A stretch of 64,000 bases of DNA, from contig OZ024741.1 in NCBI GenBank assembly GCA_964016885.1, positions 315,270,001 through 315,334,000 of the forward strand, in the 5' to 3' direction. A program made the position numbers and the translations under genes. The notes beneath the pieces are model-generated. The model was given only the letters and a program-made list of their open reading frames with translations, searched no databases and had not been told where the DNA came from. This DNA is from Eledone cirrhosa (lineage: Eukaryota). Shown one piece after another: positions 37,966 to 50,900 of this stretch (position 1 is the first letter of the stretch; the number at the start of each line of letters is the position of its first letter).

Positions 37966-39562
37966 CGCTTGCCACCCCAACGCCGTCGCCTTTTTCTCAA
38001 GGTACGTGGACGATACCCTCATCCTCACATTCTACCAAGACATGGCGAATAGAATCTATGAGACGTTCAACAACACGGACGTGAACATTGACTTCAGTGT
38101 TGAACACCCCAACGACGACGGGTCACTTGCCCTCCTCGACTTCTGAATTAACATCACGGAACAGGGAGAGATCCACTGCAACTTCTACCGAAAGGCAGCC
38201 TGCAGGGACCTGTTCGTCCACTACAAGTCCACCCTCCCTAACAGTGCCAAAAGAGGTTACATCACGAACGAGATTGCGCGAATCAAAATCAGATGCAGCG
38301 ATCCCGCGATTGGTGTCACTCATACCAAGCGATTCCTCGAGGTGCTGGAGACGAACGGGTACCCTATCTTGCTCACAGACAGAATAGGAGACACCAGGCA
38401 CAAGAGACAGAGAGGCACCCAAGGCAAGTGCTTCCTTAAAATGCCACACCTGGGCGAGAATACCACCAACGCTATCCGCAAGGCTATACGGAGGGAGTGC
38501 CTCGACATCCAACTGGCCCACTCGGGCCCTCCCTGCGAAGATGCCTCTCCAGGAAACCCGGGAAATCAACTGACGCTTGCTCCCTCAGAGACTGGCCGAT
38601 GCGCCATTCGAACTGTTGCCTACGCACATACGTCGTGTATAAGATAGAACGTAACAAGTGCAACCAATATAATATAGGTAGCACAATCCGGCCGTTGCAC
38701 ATCCGGATCAAGGAGCACAATAACACCAGGGCTTAGTCTTTCCGGAAACACATAGCCAAATGCGGAAACAAAGACGGAAGGCCCATTGTCACAATTCTAG
38801 CGACAGAATGAAACGTCGGCACATTACGTATCCAGGAAGCACTTTGGATCAAACGCATAGGGCCACAATTAAACAACCGATCCGAGAGAAGCGAAATGAG
38901 GTGGTTGGTTTAAGTTAACACACGATGCAGCAACACACGCACAGACACACACACAAGCTAGACAGCAACACACGCACACACACACACACAGTAACATTCC
39001 ACCATACGAACATACTACACTGCCAATACAGAGGAACAAGGCAACAACACACGCACACACACACACACACTCAAGCGAGACAACAACACGCGCACACACA
39101 CAGTAACATTCACCAAACAAGCAGAGAATACTATGGACTGACAGCTAGCGCCATCCCACTCCCACAATTGAAAGAACTACTTCGGCCGCTGACCTCTGTC
39201 TGACCGACCCCATTACACGCGCACGCGCGGTCTGCTGAATACCTCAGATATTCAAAACAACGAACAGCGGAGGACACGTTGCGCACCTTTCCGACAGACA
39301 ACCTCCCCCCCAGGAAAAAACCCCAGTTGATGGATGTGAATCCGAAATATATAGGGACAATTAAATCTCTCCCAATGTAACTCTATCTCATGTTGTTATT
39401 TTTATTTTTATCCTTTACGCTCTTTCCTTCATTCCTCTACACGCTACAGTCTTATACACGCCACGCATCTCAACGTACACCCACTTACATCTCTCTCTCC
39501 ACCACCGGATCTTGTTACCCGGAGATTTACCCATCTGCATTGTCGAGGCTTCCAAACGACTT
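37966..39562 (+). mobile_element. Inverted partial copy of the same Penelope-like element
   Basis: Reverse-complement match to 35727-37304, from just before YVDD to the pLTR end (GCTTCCAAACGACTT). Parallel ORFs 38342-38647 and 36623-36928. Confidence 0.92.
39321..39356 (+). ncRNA. Hammerhead-like motif with variant core (second copy 35923-35958, minus strand)
   Basis: CCC-CAGTTGA-T-GGAT(GTGA)ATCC-GAAA-TATA-TA-GGG, identical in both pLTRs. Confidence 0.55.
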
Positions 39563-39624
39563 TAAAAAATTTACCATATATATATATATATGGTAAATTT
39601 TTTTTAATATATATATATACAACA

Positions 39625-41500
39625 TGTCAGGCTCTGTCCGTCAGGAAATACACGATCCATTGCAGTAACGTTCCAGAAACACCAATGGTGAATAGTCTAT
39701 TCAGTAGAATCTTTTGATCAACCCTGTCAAAGACCTTGCTGAAATCAAGGTAGATGACATCAGTTTTGGTGTCCTCACCCAAAGCCTCAAAATGTCAGTC
39801 ATTAAAGTGGTGCAGAAGCTGCGTTAGGCAGTTCCTTCCATTACGGAACCCATGTTGGCTGGAGTTCAGCAGCATTTTGCTTTCAAGAAAGTGAGTTGTT
39901 CGTGCTCTCATCACCCTCTCAAATACCTTGATGATATGAAAGGTGTGTGAGATCGGACGGTATTTCCCGGCAAGGGACTTGTTTCCCTTTTTCAAAACTG
40001 AGACAACAGACTGGGGTAGAAAGGTTTCAGAAATATAGCCAGCATCCAGTGAGTTTCTTCACAGATTAGCAAGAGGTGATGCAAGTTGATGTCGACACAC
40101 CTACAGGACACAAGAAGGGAACTTATCGGATCCTACTGTTGAATTGTGTTTTATTTCGTTTATTGCAGCTAAGACATCAGGTACGCCGTTGTATGTAGTG
40201 TGTCGGGGATTAACATCACTGATACAGCTCAGATCGGCCTTATGAGGATTGCTGAAAATAGATCAGTATTGTTTCTGCAGTATCACTGCCATGATTTTGG
40301 CATTATCTTGGAGAGTGCCATATTCATTAATAAGAGGGCCAACATTGGAGACAGTGATCTTGTGTTTTTTAGCAAATGAAAATAGCAGTTTGGGGTTGAG
40401 TTTGAGTTTCTCAATAGTCCATTTCTCTTCAGCTGTTCTTTGGTTATTGATGATGGTCTTCATATATTGTTGGAAGTCATATTTTTTTTAATCGTGCAGT
40501 GCGGTAGCTGTCGAATGTGTGTATTGATGTTGGCAGTACTTTAGTTTGTTAATTTTTTGTTTGTTCTTTTTATTTTCTGATAATAGTTTTTTTCTGTTTG
40601 GAGGAATTGCGGACTTAGTTTTGTTCACAGGCCTTGGTGGGGTATGTTTTGCACATATGCTTGTCACACTGTCTAAAAAGATTTGCCAAGCTGTTTTCAT
40701 GTTGGTGGAGATGTGTGTGTTTGTAAAAGTCCAGTGAACATGTGATAGCTCATTCATGATTGCATCCCAATTGGCATTATAGAGATCCATGTTATCAAAT
40801 AGGTGAGCTGGAGAGAGTTCACTGGGATTAGCTTTCGTCTGAAAGAAGGGTTTTTCCACTCTAATATTATGTATAGTGTTAGTGTGGTTATAAATACTTG
40901 GTCCAAAATGTTCTTCTGATAGCTTGTTGGTGCAAGAACAAGTTGGGACAAGGAAACCTCATTAATAAAGTCGAGAATTAACTCTACTGCTTCTTTGTCA
41001 GCAGTTGAGGTGGGAGTGCATGGTTTAAAACTGTTTGTAGACCAATCAACACAGAGTAGATTTAAGTCTCACATCATAAGTATCTTACTAGAATGGCACT
41101 GTTGAGTAAAGCACTTAATACTGTCGAGGCATTCTTTAAAGCGCAGTATGGTTGTGTGGGTGGCCTATAGAGCCCAACTACTATTAGGTCATTGGCATTG
41201 TTGTGCACAGTGACTGATGCACAACAGCCATTGGAGAATGTGGTATTTCCTTCTGCCGTAAAGGAATCATGCAGGAAATTGACAGATTGACCCTTCCTTC
41301 TGTCGATACTATCCGCGCGAAAGGTTGTGAAATTCCTCACTTTCACTTCGGCTTACAAGTGGGAGTTGTCAGTAAGAATGAAGAAAGGGATGTGGGGTGG
41401 ATGGTTACCAACCCAATTGTTAACGAATTGGACCTTCTATTCTTGTGCATTGGTGGAAGGGCTGACACCTTGTGCATTGAGTAGAAGTGTGGAGGATAGA
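39625..41500 (-). mobile_element. CR1-group LINE fragment (APE + RT N-terminal part)
   Basis: GLYRPP (APE), NPKLLFSFAK, KYRPIS...IIKVFERVM...QHGFRNGRNCLTQLL, YLDFSKVFDRVD. Many stops, and truncated within RT. Confidence 0.85.
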
Positions 41501-42698
41501 GTAGTGGCGTGTTTTTATTTGATTTTGTTTGCGTGTTAGTGACAGCCATGTGGGGCAATATATATATATATATATATTTATACCCACAAGATATCATCTA
41601 CATGAAATGCCAGCGCACGTACATCAATACCTGTTTCGTGTGCGCAACATGTATATATATATGTATGTACATATGTATATGTGCGTTTGTACAGGTGCGT
41701 GAGTGTGTATATGTGCATATGTGTTTGTCTGCACCACTGCACAGCCATATAATAGTATGGAACACTGGAAAATGAGCACACATATCTCGTTAGCGTGTAC
41801 ACATGCAGAGACGCAGACATATGTACGATACCTGCATGGGACTTTGTATCCGAACATACCTATGATACGTATGATGTGCACATGAGCCTGTGGGGCCAGT
41901 GTGGGAGTGCAGGATGATCAGTATGGAAATCCCATATTCCCTGCCATGATCAGACGCATCTAGTAATATGTGCCCGTCTGGCTCCATGTACATTTTGTGT
42001 GTGCCTCTTTGGGGTGATGCATGACTGTATATATATTTACATTGATGTATGTGTGGATGTGTATGCATGTGCATATGCCCATGGGTGCGTGTGTATTTAC
42101 TTATTTATTTTCCTTTTTATATTCTTTCACACAATATGCACTGAACAAGTATCTTGCCCCCACCCGCAGTGTTTTAACAACCTCTCCAAACAATATTTTT
42201 TATAAAATAATTTATAGTCTTTTCTATGGTATTTTCAAACAATAACATCATACCATCCTCATCACATGATTAATTCTTTATAGCACAAATTCCCTTTAAC
42301 GATTCTTAAACAGTATAACCTACCTCCCTTATGTCCACTCACTCTTCCGTGACAAACTGATTACCAGCAGAAACGCACCAAACCCTAGTACATTACCGCA
42401 TTTTTCATGTCATATCACACAGAGCCCTACCTCATCCACACCACACACAGCACCACGGCCTCATCACATACACGCCAACATGTCTATGGCAAGCCAAAAC
42501 ACCACATCCCGCAACTCACATCAGCCATCGCTCCCCACCACTTCCCCGTCACTATACTCACCCCCACCTGTCACACATGCCAAAACATTCCTCATAGCTA
42601 AACAACTAATCAAAACAACATAAATTGACCAGTATACGAACGCAAAATGTTAGACATTTATATGCTTTATAAATTCATTCTGTCATTACAACAGCAAA

Positions 42699-42770
42699 GG
42701 TCCGACGAGCTTTTGATCAGATCGATACAGATCAAACCTTGAGCTGATCAATAGCGAAACGCACGTCACC
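42699..42770 (+). ncRNA. Minimal type I hammerhead motif with long stem II
   Basis: GGT-CCGACGA-GCTTTTGATCAG...CTGATCAATAGC-GAAA-CGCACG-TC-ACC. Stem II pairs at 11 of 12 positions, the site is GUC, and there is one core change (U4 to C). Confidence 0.65.
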
Positions 42771-42842
42771 AGTCAGTAAACGTAATGAAGGTTTAACAAA
42801 TCATCCTTGTATTATTATTATTATTATTATTACTATTATAAA

Positions 42843-43034
42843 GGGCGGTGAATTGGCAGTATCGGTAGAGGGTCGGACGCCATGCTTTCCAGCATAGTTA
42901 CGTCCCTTTACGGTCTGAGTTCAAATCCCGTCGATGTTAACTTTGCCTTTCATCCTTACCGGGTCGATAAAATAAAGTACCAGTAATGAACTGGGAAATT
43001 TGCTGGCCTGTTCCAAAAGTAGAAACAATTATTA
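42843..43034 (+). mobile_element. SINE family 1, full-length, inside an (ATT)n tract
   Basis: A and B boxes and the central domain are present. (ATT)n lies upstream (about 42810-42832) and ATTATT downstream. Confidence 0.88.
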
Positions 43035-43472
43035 CTAGCAGAAAAACCACCATTCGGGTGGTTTTCTGCTAGCATGTGTAGTGTGCATATTGATATTATA
43101 CACAAGTATATATACATGTAGATATGATACATCAAATCAAATCGTAATTGGCAATATACACAGAAATTGAACGAAGACTGCGTTACATTGTCTTATGTAA
43201 TCAGTAACGTAATCCAATGGCGGAAATATATGACTGTTTATTTAAGCGATCGCTAACTGGAAGTGTTGATATTTGAAATTTTTAAAGAAATGAATCTTAT
43301 AATAAGCGACAAAATTATTTATATTTAATCAATAATGACGAAATTTAGTAGATAAATTATGTAATATTCATTCATTATTTATTCAAAGTAATCCAACTTA
43401 TTTTACAAACGGGATAAAAAATATATATTCTGGACGTTATCCCGCAGTCCTCCCTTTATTATAGTTTAGATT

Positions 43473-46400
43473 GGTCTGATCGGACGTCTTTTTGCTCGCT
43501 ACCAGTAAGTCGCTTTATTTACCTGTCACAAATTATTTATTGTTAAATTTGTGTTATTGTGTAAGGGACATAAGCCCTTGGACTTTGCCCTGTGAAGGGG
43601 AAAGTATAATATTTGGGCATTTTGGCACAAATATTTGAACATTTTACTTTCAAAAATTATCCAAAAAACATTGCTGAGCCACGCCCCTCAATATGTCTGC
43701 CCTCGGGTGACAACGGCGAAAAAGTCGTGAGGAGGGTTGCGGCGAAAATGGGAATTGACACAACAAACAACGTTAACAAAGAGAGCAATGACAACAACAC
43801 TGAGAACACTAATTTTTAAAAAATTACCACACCAACTACAACAGTAACAGCGACAACCAAAATACAGACAACATAAAAAAAAATGACAACAAATTCAACA
43901 ACTATATTAACACCACTAACAAGAAAATAAACAATGACAACACCAACAACAACAATACAAATTGCACCGAAAACAACAACAACGGTGGCACTAAAAACAC
44001 AACCAACTACAACAGTGATAACAGCAACAACACCAACAACACCATTTGTAGCAGTAGCAACAACAACAGCACCAACAACAAGATCGGTAGCAGCAGTAGC
44101 GGCAGCAATAATGGTGCCGCTGAAAAAGGGTCCACTTCTTTCGCAGGTGTGGACCGAAATATAGAAACAGAGCTAATCACGGAGGAGGAGATGGCAGTCG
44201 CAAGGGCCATGGTGACAAGAAATGACAATAGAGTTTCCCTGAAAAGTCAACGCGATTTTTTCAAGGACCATCAGCCGCGGACGGTGACATACCGTAACCA
44301 TAAGCAACATGTCACACCGGTCGGAGAGAGAGCCCCGGAGGCTCAAATCCAAAAGGCCTTTCGTTGCGTCTGGGCGCGCAAAACCCGAGGAAAAAAGTAT
44401 ACCACAATAGACGTACTTTTCGCCACCCCGCAAGTGGCGACGTCTCATTCTTTGGAAACCCTAAAGAGTGAGTAGATAGTCTTGGTGCCCTCCTACTGCG
44501 GGCAGAAAATTGTGAGGGTCAAAGTGACCCAGGTCACGCCCGACGTGCCCATACCTTGGCTGGCCGCATCTGTACTTTCTGGAATCGAGGACAGGACCAA
44601 CATACTGCAAATACAGAGAATGGGAAGAGAAAACTGGTAAGGTATAGGTATGCAAATGCTAATACAAACTGACCAGGTGTGTATCGAGTCTATCCCTGAT
44701 ATCATAGACCTCGAAGAAGGAATCCAACTCCCCATAACCATGAAAGGAAGGCGCCCAAAGTGTTATCTCTGTGGACAAAGGGGTCACATCAGGGCCTTTT
44801 GCCCGCAGAAGAAGCCAAGAAGACGGCCCCCTCCTTCCGACACCTGATCCACTGCTACCAAGAGCAGGCAACAGAGGCAGAAGACTCTTCCACGGTGAGT
44901 AGGAGGACAACGTCCGTCGTACCCATACCAAGGCCACGGACAGCTAAAACAGCCTCAGTAGTGGCGGCAATACCAGTAACTACATTTGCAGTAACTGCAA
45001 AAGCAACAAAAACTACCACCACCAACAACAGTGGAGCACATACCCCTCCAAGACGCCACAGAATCCGACATGGAGTAATAGGCGAGAGTGAAGTGACAAA
45101 AGGTCTGCCACAATAAACAAAAACGGAAAAACCACTTAGCTACGCCTTCCAAAAGCGAGGACAAACAAGGAAGGGGACTCGCAGCAACGCTACAATCATC
45201 ACCACCAACAACCAGCACACAATCAGCATCACCCCAAGCATCACCACCAACAAGAACCACACCACCACCAGCATCACCACAAACAACAACATCGCAAACA
45301 TAACAAAGCACACACACACAACAGCTACAATAAGAAAACAACATCAAAATCACCTATCTCCCCACAAAGTACACAGCCATAAACATTGCACATCAAGGAT
45401 TAATGGAACATATAAAACAGCTCATCGATATGTCAGACGTAAATTACCACACCCCACCAACACCAAGAACATTGCAAAAAATATTAACATTGTGGAAATT
45501 GAACGCTTCGTTCCCGGCGCACAAAGCTTACAGAGGCCGGATTAGCGAATTAGTTAAGCGTGTGTTGACGGGTGCGATCGTGAACAACAGGTGATGGTTT
45601 ACCCTGAAAGGGGCTATTAGAGTAGAATCGATAAGGTTTAGCAAAGGAGTAGTGATAGAGGAAAATAGAATAGAGGGAGAGTTAGTTAGAAAGCTTGAAG
45701 AGGCGTTTAGGACAGGCATCGCAACCGACGTGCTTGCGGCGAGATTGGCACTCGACCATTGGCACTCGAGATTGGCTCTTCAACGCAAAGCATGAAGGCT
45801 GCATTGTCAGAGCTAGAGCGCGTACTCTAAGACACGAGGGGACGAAAGCCGTTCAATGGGCTTGGTTGGTGGAGGCACGACCTGGCACATGTCCACAATT
45901 CGGTCTTTGCCTGATCAAAACGGGCGCATACTGCTCGAACCCGAGCACATGTGTGCGGCTTTTCAACAACATTTTTGTTCGAGAGCGGCAGTGCGCGGGA
46001 TCGGTGTATGGACTTCGGTGCATACCCCGACAGACTGTCACGGTTCTCGACGACCGCAGCGCAGTGCTGCGAAAGACAGATACAAGCAGATGAAATAAGG
46101 GAAGTGATGCCTAACTGCACGAGGAGTATATCGCCAGGTTTGGATGGTCCACCCTACGAGCTTTATACGTACATGCCAGATTTGTTCGGCGACCACTTGG
46201 CAGATGTCTACTGCAACTGGCAGCAGAACGGGAGTATTATCGGTTTTGTGAACCGGGGAACGGTGGCGCTGCTGAGAAAATACCCGAACAAACGGGACGT
46301 TATAGACAACTTCAGGCCCATAACTCTGCTAAACACAGAGTTCAATGTTTTGGCCAAGGTCTTAGCAAAGAGATTGGCGCTTGTCTTCGGTGATGTGGTG

Positions 46401-47963
46401 GGAGAAGCGTATGTGGAATGTGGAAGATCCGTATCAGCTGACACCATCGACATCAGAGTGCTGGTGTCAAGCGCCGGACATGTCCAGTTGCTCGGCAGCC
46501 CTCTCAAGGAATATGAAGAAGTGACAGGAGCAAAGTTAAACCAGGAAAAGTCGGTGGGCTTGCAGCTCGGCACTTGGAGAGGCAAGTCCATGCCATCCGA
46601 CAGTGTCGTGGGGCGCTGGACGGAAGGACCGGTTAAATTTCTCGAGGTCTGGTTCGGTCCGGACCTGCAGATGGAGAAAAACTGGAGCGATGTGACGAAC
46701 AGGTTGGCCTCTCTCACACAGAAATGTGCCGAGAGGAAGTTGTCTCTGAAAGTTCGGGCAGAGGTAGCGAATGCGTTCATCGGATCCTTCATCTGCTACC
46801 GCCTGACCGTTGTGCCTTGCCCCGGCCCAACTCTGACAAAAATGGAGCGCCTCCTCTTTCGCTTTTTATGGATTGGACGTGCTCCCATGATCAGACGATC
46901 CATCTGCTGTCAGCACCTGTTGTGTGGCGGACTGGGCATGCCGTGGCTGATGATGCGCAAACATGCGCGAAGGCTGCAACATCTCTGGCGCTTCCTTGAC
47001 GGTGAACAGCCGTGTATTTACCCAGCTCGTCTCATTAACGGAGCTGCAGTCCTGGATCAGGAAAAGACCGAGGGATAGTGCTTGGAAGCTGGAATGTCAC
47101 CAAGCGCTCACAGCCTTCTACCAGCTGGGCACTAGTATCGATGGAACATCTACCTCACGTTCTATAGAGGACTAGTGGAGGAGAAAAGCTCCTGGTCTGG
47201 CAATGCTACCGGGGAGCGTTGCCGGTTCGAGATAAGCTCCACGAGCACGGAAGTACCGTCAGCCGAGCCTGTCCGAAATGCGCACAGGGTGACAAAGCCG
47301 CCATGCACGCACTTGTTCAGTGTCCGAGCATTGCTGACTTGTGGAACTATATCGAAGATTTGCTGTCACGTGTAGGACGGATCCGGTTATCGACTGAGTC
47401 CATTGTGCAGATAACCCTGCCGTCCTCCTTTAAAGAAGAGGAAAGGCAGGCAGTTTTCATTTGCCTGGTGGCCATTGTGAAAGAGGTTGAGGTGGACAAG
47501 TTTCAAAGGGTTGAAGACAGACACTTTCCTTTTCGGCGAATCCCTAATTAACTTGAAGAGGAAAATCAAGGTGGAGAGACAAGTGCTGTCTTCTAGTAAG
47601 TTTGTTGAAAGGTGGGTGAAAGTGGCGAGTCTGGTTCGAGTGAACGGGCCCGCACTGAGTATGCGCCTGTAGACTAAGGAATGGGAGAACTGAGAGAGGA
47701 AGCTTGCCCTGATGGTCAGGGTGGCCGTGGTCTTTTGTGTGGTTTTCACCATGAGTGACCCTCGGAGGTTTCCCCCTTTTGGAGGAATTTTCGTTGTTTG
47801 AAATTTTTGATTTGATTTTACTCATTTCTATCTTCTTGTTTTAACTTTTTTACACGTCCAAAACCCACTTTGTATCGTCCTGTACCGTTCTGTGCCGTCT
47901 GTAATGTTTTTCTACATGTTAGCCCTTGTGGCCAATAAAGAAACCATTATTATTATTATTATT
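43473..47963 (+). mobile_element. Tx1-type L1 with both termini, internally deleted (ORF1 type B; most of APE and part of RT lost)
   Basis: 5' end GGTCTGATCGGACGTC, CYLCGQRGHIRAFC knuckle, ORF 45951-47078 (NFRPITLLN...), zf-RVT, and (ATT)6 tail at 47946-47963. Confidence 0.9.
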
Positions 47964-50900
47964 GGTCTAATCGGACGTCTTTTGCTTGCTCCTAGTATGT
48001 CGCTTTATTTGCCTGTTAAAATTATTTGTTGTTAAATATTTCTTGTTGTGTAGGGGATATATGCCCCAGGACTTTGCCCTGTGAAGGGGAAAGTATAATA
48101 TTGGCTCAAACATTTGAACATTTTACGTTTAAAACAAAAATTATCTAAAGAAAACATGGCTGAGCCCCCCCCCCCTCCCCCCCCCCAAGCAATATGTCTG
48201 CTGTCGTGTGACAACGGCGTAGAAGTTGAGAGGAGGGTTAGTGTAATTCATACAACAGACACCACCACAAACAACGTGAACAAAGACAACAACATTGAGA
48301 ACACTAATTTTGAAAACATTACTACACCAACAACAATAATAGCGTCAAACAAAATACAGACTACAGAAAAAATTGACAACAAAGCAGCAACGATATTAAC
48401 ACCACTAACAAGAAAATAAACAACGACAACACCAACAGCAAGAATACATATTGCACCGAAAACAACAACGGTGGCACCAAAAACTCAACCAACTACAACA
48501 GTGATAACAGCAACAACACCGTTTGTAGCAACAGCAACAGCACCAACAACAAGACCAGTAGCAGCAGTAGCGGCAGCAATAATGGTGCCGCTAAAAAAGG
48601 GGCCACTTCTTTCGCAGGTGTGGCCCGAAATATTGAAACAGTGCTAGTCACGGAGGAGGAGATGGCAGTCGGAAGAACCATGGTGTCGATAAACGACAAT
48701 TGAGTTTCCCTGAAATCTCCACCCGATTTCTTCAAAGACCAACAGCTGCGCACGGTGACTTACCGCACCGTAAGCAAAATGTCACATCGGGTGGAGAGAG
48801 CCACGGAGGCTTAAATCCAAAAGGCCTTGGGGTGCGTCTGGACCACCCGAGCCAAAATGTACGCCACAGTAGACGTACATTTAGCCACACCCAAGAGACG
48901 AAGTCTCACCCTTTGGAAACCCTCAAGAGTGAGGAGATAGTCTTGGTGCCCTCATACTGCGGTCAGAAAATTGTGAGGGTCAAAGTGACCCAGGTCCTGC
49001 CCGACGTGGCCATACCTTGACTGGTCGTGTCTGTACTGGCTGAAATCGAGGAGAAGACAACCCTACTACAGATACAGAGAATGGTAAGAGAGAACTGGTC
49101 AGGTATAGGTATGCAAATGCTAATACAGACTGACCAGGAGTGCATCAAGGCCATCCCAGGCATCATAGACCTCGAAGAAGGGCTCCAACTCCCTATAAGC
49201 GTGGAAGAAAGGCGCCCAAAGTGCTATCTCTGTGGGCAGAAGGGTCACCACAGGGAAGAAGACAGCCAAGAAGAAGCCCCCTCCCCCTCATTCCGACGCC
49301 TGATCCACTGCAACAGAGGCAGAAGACCCTTCCATGGTGAGTAGGAGGGCAACGTCCGTGGCACCCATAGCAAGGCCACGGACGACTAAAGCACCGGCAG
49401 CAGTGGCGGCAACACCAACAGTCGCAGTAGTTACACCGGCGGTAAAATCGCCGGAGAGAGCTCCACTACCACCACCAACAGCAGTGGAGCTCATGCCCCT
49501 CCCGGACGCCGCAGAGTCCGACATGGAGTGTGAGACGGGAGGGAAGTGGCAAACGTTCTGCCACAAAAAAGAAAAAAACCCTTAGCTTCACCCTCCAAAA
49601 GCGAAGGCACACAAAGAGGGGTAAATTCTGCAAGGAGACTTACAGCAACTCCATCACCATCACCACCACAAGCATCTCCACCAATCACAACCACACCACC
49701 AACAGCATCATCAAAGACACCAACATCGCAAACACAACAAAATACACACACCTCACAGCAACAAAAAACACAGCAACAAAATTGCCCTCCCCCCCCAAAA
49801 AAAAGTAAGCCATAAACATGGCAAATAAAGAACTCATACATCATATAAAGCAGCACACAGACAGCACAGTCAAAACTACTACACCCCTCCAACAGCAAGA
49901 ACTCTCCCGACAAACATAAACATCATTGAAATCAAAATAGAATATTACAAACTTTTAAAACAAAAATTCCCCAACGCAGTTAGAGACTTCAGAGGATCGG
50001 TTACCAAGAGGATATACACTGACATTCTCTTGGAAACACCCATGACCAGCCAAAGAGACGGTTCTACTGTCCCTTCACCACACGATCAAGGTAAGTGACC
50101 CTTTCTCACTTACCCCGTTTCTAATCCAACATGGTCGTACTTAGAATAGGCAGTATACATGTACGTGGCCTGGGGTCATCTTGGAAACAGGACCACCTGC
50201 TCAACGACATCAGGTCACTAAACATAGATGTGGTGGCCATCAGCGAGACCATAATCTCCGAAGCCCGAGTCTTCGCACCGATCTTCGGCGGCTATGATGT
50301 ATACGCATCTCCTAGCCGTCCAGGATCGGAGGCAGGGGTTGCTGTGCTTTTTCGGAGGTGCTTGGATCTCGCCATACGGGCCATCTTCCTAGACCCAGAA
50401 GGTAAGTCGGTGGTGCTGGACGTAACCAGCAGCGAAGGCAATGCTTTCAGGCTAGTAGGCGTCTACGCCTAAAACAGGGACAGGACGGCCAGATTTCTTC
50501 AGACGTCTAGACACCTTTCTTGGAACCTCCCACCCTTTAGTGTTAGTGGGCAACTGCAACGGTATCTTGGATGCACGCTGGGATTGTGTGGGGCTAGTGG
50601 ATAGGAGAGGAGTGTGCAAGAGCCTCATCAACCTGCTCAGACGTTTTGAACTGTCGGACAGGTATCGACTGGATCACCCGAATGTGCCAATGTGGACATG
50701 GACAAACAGCATCGGGTCATCTAGACGTATCTCGATGGGGTATTCTGCAGAGAACTAGATAAGGCTAGTATAAGATGTCCACAATTTAAAATAGTCGACT
50801 ACACAGACCACAAATTTGTGATCTGTGAGATCGACATAGACAGACTTCATAGAGAAGGGCTCGGTTACTGGAAGCTGAAGGCATCTTTCCCGGCGCGCAA

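Noticed and set aside
42843-42935. tRNA-like sequences with A and B boxes (also 60240-60313)
   Set aside because: They continue into SINE bodies and tails (family 1 is multi-copy and divergent here), and I could not fold a complete cloverleaf.
43035-43072. CTAGCAGAAAAACCACC...GGTGGTTTTCTGCTAG hairpin resembling an intrinsic terminator
   Set aside because: Eukaryotic context. It may be a Helitron-type end or fold-back scar, but there is no supporting element body.
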